55,135 nucleotides of DNA. It comes from Octopus sinensis (lineage: Eukaryota). Shown here piece after piece: positions 48,409-55,135 of this stretch (positions within the stretch are counted from its first letter, which is position 1; every line of letters begins with the position of its first letter). Under the pieces are notes generated by a model, which had not been told where the DNA came from, searched no databases, and worked only from the letters and a program-made list of their open reading frames with translations. The stretch spans positions 1 through 55,135 of the forward strand of contig NW_021833717.1 in NCBI RefSeq assembly GCF_006345805.1, given 5' to 3'. Position numbers and translations under genes: made by a program.

Positions 48409-48789
48409 TTGTGAAACTTGATTCAGCATTTCTAAATTGAATTTTTCCCTGTAAGTTAGGAATAATATTCCCTCAAATAATTATTATATATATGTATATA
48501 TGCTTGTATTATATATGTGCATGCAAATATACATTGCTATGTATGTATGTATGTATATTCTCTTATTACATTGATTATTCTTGTGTATAAATATATGCAC
48601 GTACACTATCAGTTCTCTTTTTCTCTCCCTGACACAACAATTATAAAGTCTGATTCCTGTTGAATGTTAAATTTCAGGATTTAAACCTATTTTTCATGTT
48701 TCATTTCATAGTAAAACTATTTCCCCATGTTTTCCCCCGAAACGCTTTCATCTGAGATAAATAAAGACACAAATCATATTGATTTCAAG

Positions 48790-48995
48790 TTTTGGTACAA
48801 GGCTAGCAATTTCTGAGAAGGGGATAAGTTGATTACATCGACCCTGGTATTCAAATGGTGCCTATTTTATCGGTCTCGAAAGGATAAAAGGCAAAGCCGA
48901 AACTGACAGCATTTGAACTCAGAACATGAAGACCGAAAAACAGCCGCTAAACATTTGGCCCAGCTTGCTAACGATTCTGCCAGCTTACCGCCTTC
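48790..48995 (-). mobile_element. Old family B-like SINE
   Basis: Diverged reverse complement of the head and central domain. Confidence 0.6.
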
Positions 48996-49348
48996 CCTCA
49001 CACAAATAATACTCTCTGACATTCACCACTCTCCATCATTCAACAGATTTCATTAGTCATCCACCACCTTCCATCACTCATTTGATTCACTCTGTCCATC
49101 CACCACCCTCTTTCATTCAATTGTTTCGTTTGGTCAAGGACCAAGCCCTTTATTTGATTAAGAAATTGCTTCTAAATCGGCCCCAAAACTCACAGATTTT
49201 ACGAAAAATTATGTTGAGTTAAACCAACTCCTGCACCTGACATATTTTTGTTTTTATTTATTTCAATAAATCGAAAATAAGAAAAGATAAAATTGACGGC
49301 AGTAACGTCTGAAATGAGAATCTCTACAAACGTTACTAATTAAGCAAT

Positions 49349-49748
49349 AGGCGCAGGAGTGGCTGTGTGGTAAGTAGCTTGCTTACCAACCACATGGTTC
49401 CGGGTTCATTCCCACTGCATGGCACCTTGGGCAAGTGTCTTCTACTATAGCCTCGGGCCGACCAAAGCCTTGTGAGTGGATTTGGTAGACGGAAACTAAA
49501 AGAAGCCCGTCGTATATACGTACATATATGTATGTCTGTGTGTATGTTTGTGTGTCTGTGTTTGTCTCCCCAGTATTGCTTGACAGTTGTTTATGTCCCC
49601 GTAACTTAGCGGTTCGGCAAAAGAGACCGATAGAATAAGTACTAGGCTTCCAAAGAATAAGTCCTGGGGTCGATTTGCTCGACTAAAAAGGCGGTGCTCC
49701 AGCATGGCCACAGTCACATGACTGAAACAAGTAAAAGAGTAAAAGAGT
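49349..49748 (+). mobile_element. SINE family A
   Basis: Similar to 361-795. Confidence 0.9.
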
Positions 49749-50428
49749 AATAAATTTTAGTCCAACACTCAACCAATTCTGCCGCTGCTCAGTAAATAAG
49801 GAAGACAATATTCTTGAGAACCTAATCCATTTGAATGATACAAGAATATTTAAATGACATTATCCGAAACAATTATCCGATACGTACCTATCTATCTATT
49901 CATCAATTAATCTATCTACCTCTGTTTAATATCTATCAATCTATTTACCTCTATGTCTATCAATCTCTATTTATCTATCAATCTATCTCGATTTATCTCT
50001 CTATCTATCTACCTATCTATGTCTATCCCTCGTCCCCTCTCTCTGTCTTTTTTTATCTAATCTCTCTCTCTCTCACTCTCTCTATATATCTCTCTCCCCC
50101 TCTCTCAGTCAGTCTATTTATCTATTTCTCACTCTCTCACTCCCTATCTATCGATTTCTCTCTCTCTCTCTCTCTCTCTGTGATGCCGGCTAAGGACTCC
50201 AAACATTACATTCATCATCCCCCAGGATAATAGAATTGATCAAACCCACCCCTTTTGTAATTAATGGATTAGTGAAACTAATTGTAGCTCAAATAATTTA
50301 CAGATATTAGTGGATAGCGGACCCTTAAAAGTACTAAAGGCTTAGCGGGGAGGGTGAATTTCCTTGTGTGTGTACGCTTGTATATGTGAGTGTGTATGCA
50401 CGTATATATATATGGATGGATGAATGTG

Positions 50429-50478
<50 letters not shown>

Positions 50479-50959
50479 CGCGCCTCAAGAGCCGTTAGCT
50501 GCCAAGCCAGGAGAGGAGGTGTTGATTCCAACCAGAAGGACATTAAATATCAGGCCAGAGTTGGTAGAGAGACATAGAGGAGAAGAGGTGTACGGCCCCC
50601 ACCACGAGGAGGGTGTACTCATCCAATCCCTGAAACTGAGAGAGAGAGAGAGAATAATATAAGGAACAATGAATCTGGTAGTGGTGGTGGCGGTGGTGGC
50701 CGTCGTTGTCGTGGTCGTGGTGGTGGTGGTGGTGGTGGTGGTGACAGCGGTGTAGGTGGTCGTCATCGTTGCCGTCGTCGTGGTATAGTTGCCGTAGTAA
50801 CAGTGATGGTAAGGTGCTTGCAGAGTATAATAGCTGTGGTGATGGTGGTGGTGGTGGTGCGTTGGGATTTGGTTTAGTGTGACTTGATCAACTAGATTAC
50901 AGATGCCGTGGCTATCATGCTGGCTCGAGTTGACTTATGTTGTTGTTGTTGTTGTTGCT

Positions 50960-51330
50960 GTTGAGCGAACGGTCTTTCGTCCCAGAGCTCGCAAGATGGG
51001 AGAAGTCGGAAACGTGGTCCTTTGCTATTCGTAAGACCCGCAGAAGAGAAAGCAGGTCAACCCCCGACACCGAGAGCATCGACGGATGGATGAATGCGCA
51101 TCCAGGCTCAGCGGTTGCATAGGAAGTCGGGGACAAGAAACAGGAAGAAAGAGTGAGAGAAAGTTGGGGTGAAAGAGTACAACAGGGGTCGCCACCACCC
51201 CCTGCTGGAGCCTCGTGCAGCTTTGTGTGTTTTCTCTCAATAAACACACACAACGCCCGGTCTGGGAATCGAAACCGCGATCCTCCGCCGCGAGTCCGCT
51301 GCTCTGACCATTGGGCCATTGCACCTCCAC
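50960..51330 (-). mobile_element. SINE family C, tail gamma
   Basis: Near-identical to 39331-39715. Confidence 0.88.
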
Positions 51331-52599
51331 TTGTCGTTGTTGTTGATGATGACGGCGACGACGATGACGATGATGATGATGGTGTAGTTGCTGTTTATTC
51401 ACACCAGCCAGATCTGATGGAGTAAGCTTCTAATCAAAGACGTGCCAAGCGTGACCATCTCGCGTTTTCTTGTATATCGATCACTATATTGTCCTGCAAT
51501 GTGTACATCCTGTATAAAGACTGAAGGTCATCATTGATGAAATATGGCTACTATTTCTAGCTAGTGCGACTCCCGAGTATAATAATTTGTCGTGTCTGAC
51601 ACAGTTCAGTAGGGAGTGGCTGTCAATTGTGTGACGCACTGTGCCGCAGTGTGACGCAGTGTGGTTCAGTGTACTGCAGTAGGCTGTGGTGAGGTGCTTA
51701 TAGCAATGGTAATGGTGTTGTTTTATGGTGTTGTTGTTGGTGCTGTACTTAGTCCCAGATGGACCCTTTCAAAATCATTCTAACTGTAACTATCCCCTTA
51801 TGTGTGTTGTGTGTGTGTGTGTGTGTGTGTGTGAGTGTGCGCGTTTATGTGTATGTAAATATATATATATATATATTGTGAAGTATATTTGTCACTTAAA
51901 TGTGGCTAACCCTTAAGGGTGGATGCTACTATAGCTTGTAGCCCCAGGAGGAAACCTCCTCCAGCTGGCTATTGACACACTTTCTGTGCCTTATGAGTAT
52001 TTGCAAAGGGAAGCCATCCTTCCCATCTTCAATCTGACATGATACACACAGACTCGAGTTTCTGAGTATTGACCTGTCATCAGCGTGTGACAATCACCGA
52101 TTGCCGATAAAAAAGTAGGTTCCCCTTGCAAATATATATCCTTTTTCCAGTGACGAAAAGTCACTGATATCGAGAAAAGTGTAAACAAGCAATATATATA
52201 TATATATGCATTCATACATATACACATACACGTATGAGTGTATGTATATATGTGTGTATGTGCATGAGTGGGTGAGTCTATGTGTGTATGCATATATGAG
52301 TGTGTCCATCGGTCGGTGGTGTAAACCGTTGCATTGTATATTAACTTCTTTTATTGATGTAAACTTGGTTTACCAGAGAAGTTTCATATTCTAAGTAACT
52401 TGATGGCATTTTAATGTCATGTCAAGATTTGTCAGTTGAGCAGCTGCTTTCAGTTTTAAGTTCCATGCCTATATATTGCATACTTAATTATTATTTTTAT
52501 TATTTTCATTACCATTGTTATTATAGTATTAAAACTCACACCTTATTTTGCTGGACATGATAGAAAGTGTCAGCTGTCCATAGTCAGCAAACTAAAGTG

Positions 52600-52653
<54 letters not shown>

Positions 52654-53413
52654 ATTTTATTTTATTAAATCAAACGAATGTCTCTTAAACAAGTCCATGA
52701 AGAAAGTAATTTTTAACCATTAATACATTATCCTCTAGACCTACAGAATTATTCAGTTCCATTTAAGACGGTCAGTTGACAGAGCTGTTAGATAGTCAGG
52801 TAAAATATCTAGCGGTATTTGTTCCAACTCTCTGCCCTCTGATTTCAAATCCCGCTCAGGTCAAATTTGCTTTTCGTTCTTTCAGGTTCACTAAATATCA
52901 ATCCATTGCAATGGATAGTTTAGAACTGTTGGCGCATCAGGCATGATACCTTGCGCTGTATATTCGACTCGGAGTTTTAAGTTCAGATTCAGCCTCCGGA
53001 GATAATAGTTTTCTTGTTTTCACACTGAGATCGACTGACACACATATACATGCACACACGCACATTCACACATATACACACACACTGTAGAAAAAATGTT
53101 TTGTTCCAGTTTTTCTAAGAAAGTGTTTCTAGCGTGACAGAAGGTCCTGGAGCAAAAGTAACATATGTCTTTAGACTTTTCTAATAGTTTATGTATTTTC
53201 AATAAATAGCGGTTTTTATTGCTATTTGTGGTCGAAAGCAGCCTCAGAAGTAGCAGGAAGAGGTGTTTACCATAGTTGTAGTAGCAACAATATCAACAAA
53301 CACCAACCTCCAAAATGGTTTCAAACAGTGAAAAACATAAAAAATATTAGAGATTAAATACTTACTGTTGTCCACTGTAAGAAAGACACACAGACAGACA
53401 CAATAGAGTTGTA

Positions 53414-53830
53414 GGATCTTTTCTGTTTGAACGGCAGTTTTTTTCTAGCGGTGTCATATGAAATTGTCACCCATAATTATGACCCCTAGTATCGATCTAT
53501 TGCATTTCAATCTATTTTAGGGTTAGGCTTAGGGGTGGGGGAAGGGTATCTTTTTTTCTTCAGAAATGTAAATAAACCCAATCTGTTTCTTAAACGAGGG
53601 ACATATTCATACGGCAGAATGTTGTTTACCTCAATGGACGTCATTGATTGGTTGAAATTGAAGAAATTGAAGAAAAACAACAACAAATATCTTACAAACT
53701 ATAGAATTTTCTCAATAAAGCCAAGAGAAAAAGATGTTTTATAAACACATTCTACCAGTATACGAAGTTTAAAAGTGTTTAGTTACGTGGAAACTATTTT
53801 AAAAAACTGCCGTTCAAACCGAAAAGATCC
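53414..53830 (+). mobile_element. Complete MITE, ~29-bp TIRs, 8-bp TSD (Merlin- or hAT-type)
   Basis: TIRs ggatcttttc(t/g)gtttgaacggcagttttt; TSD gagttgta at 53406-53413 and 53831-53838. Confidence 0.92.
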
Positions 53831-54352
53831 GAGTTGTACACTGTAAAATATGCACATACTCACACACTCACACAGAATGCAGTTGGAAATGTTCAATGGG
53901 AAATCAATGCGAACAACAATAACTACAACAACCACAACAACAACATCTGCAACAACAAGAGCAACAGCAATCATGCATCTATTACGAAAGTTGTGGATTA
54001 AAGGGGACGATTCGATTTGAACCAACTCAAAGAAAAGAAGAATACATGAGGAGGTTTATTTAAAAAGCGCCTCCTGGGGGTGACGAATTTATCCAGGAAA
54101 ACAAAAGTGAGACAACTCTATTTTTTCGAAAAACCATAGAGTTTCTTTATGCCACGTTCCTGTTTGATACCACTGACTGGGGCAGTGTGTATGAAAATGT
54201 ATGTCTGGTCTTTAGGGCTAAGCAATACAAATGGAAGGAATCTGCAAAAGGGGATCATCGGGATAAGCATGAACAGAAAGGGTTAAGGTTAAATGGAGTC
54301 GCAAGTGGTGTAGCGGAGAAGACTCGTTCAATCAATGTATGCAAAAGATGAA

Positions 54353-54396
<44 letters not shown>

Positions 54397-54404
54397 GGAG
54401 TAAG

Positions 54405-54622
54405 CACATAAATGTGAAACAAGGTGTAAAAAAAGAGTACTCAAATACCAGAGGTAGAGTAATATGCTTTATTTAAAGCAGCAGAGATATAACAAAAGCT
54501 GTTACCTCGAGTTTCACGTTCCTGTTCGTCGGACAGTTCTATTTTAACAAAACCTTTCGACGAACGGTAACGTGAAACTCCGAGTAACAGCTTTTGTTAC
54601 ATTTCTGCTGCTTTTAAATAAA

Positions 54623-54625
<3 letters not shown>
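54405..54625. mobile_element. Penelope-like termini in inverted arrangement within (TA)n
   Basis: Arms 54467-54531 and 54557-54623 are reverse complements; each carries a hammerhead-like motif. Confidence 0.7.
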
Positions 54626-54690
<65 letters not shown>

Positions 54691-54782
54691 TATATATAGT
54701 AAATCAAATATGAACAAAGAGAAAACACAACAACGCGAGATAGTGTTATTGGACGCTCAGGAAAGGAAAAGAAAGAAAGAGG

Positions 54783-54818
54783 ATTTAACGTTTCGAGCGG
54801 AGCTCTTCGTCAGATACA
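54783..54818 (-). ncRNA. Hammerhead-like motif with an extra A after A9
   Basis: CTGACGA-a-gagc(tcc)gctc-GAAA-cgtta; stem I is weak in this copy. Confidence 0.35.
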
Positions 54819-54893
54819 TAGGAAAAGGAAAGATGCAAGGAAGGGAAAACGGAGAAAGAAAATCGCCAACGATACACACGCGGTCACACACAC

Positions 54894-54924
<31 letters not shown>

Positions 54925-55135
54925 GTATTTGGTTGAAAAATTTTATAAATACACTTTCTTAAAGAGATATGATATACCTATTATTTTGGATAATGCTACA
55001 TGTACTTTTCATATTTTTCATAGCGTGATGTAACTGTTTGGAATAACAATGCATGCGGCTGAAGAGAGCTTTAAGCCATCCTTTATATCTATTATACACT
55101 GATGTAAGAATAGGTTGTTTATAAAACTTGAAACA

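Overview
Eukaryotic, AT-rich, microsatellite- and transposon-dense genomic DNA. The repeat families look like those I recall from Octopus; the taxon is an inference. Only one convincing host coding exon is present: an unidentified acidic 601-codon terminal exon on the minus strand (36220-38025). The rest is mobile DNA: a full-length but frameshifted Tx1-clade (L1-like) LINE (22694-28036), a 5'-truncated RTE LINE (3525-6000), a near-intact DD34D mariner (13372-14662), a CRE-like RLE fragment, a non-autonomous Helitron, an 8-bp-TSD MITE family, Penelope-like termini, and many tRNA-headed SINEs with interchangeable tails. Two systems stand out. (1) The Tx1 element sits at a defined site inside a SINE head, with a 13-16 bp TSD (GGTATTTCGTCTG). 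SINEs that carry the same 3' tail as the Tx1 are inserted at that site, and at a similar GGTA..GTCTG site in another SINE. This suggests a SINE-targeting LINE with a self-targeting partner SINE. (2) Several unrelated repeats carry type I hammerhead ribozyme motifs with palindromic stem III. Two have canonical cores and two families have a CCGANGA (U4C) core, and most lie in fold-back arrangements. All alignments and folds were done by eye. No database searches were run, so family names and novelty are unverified.
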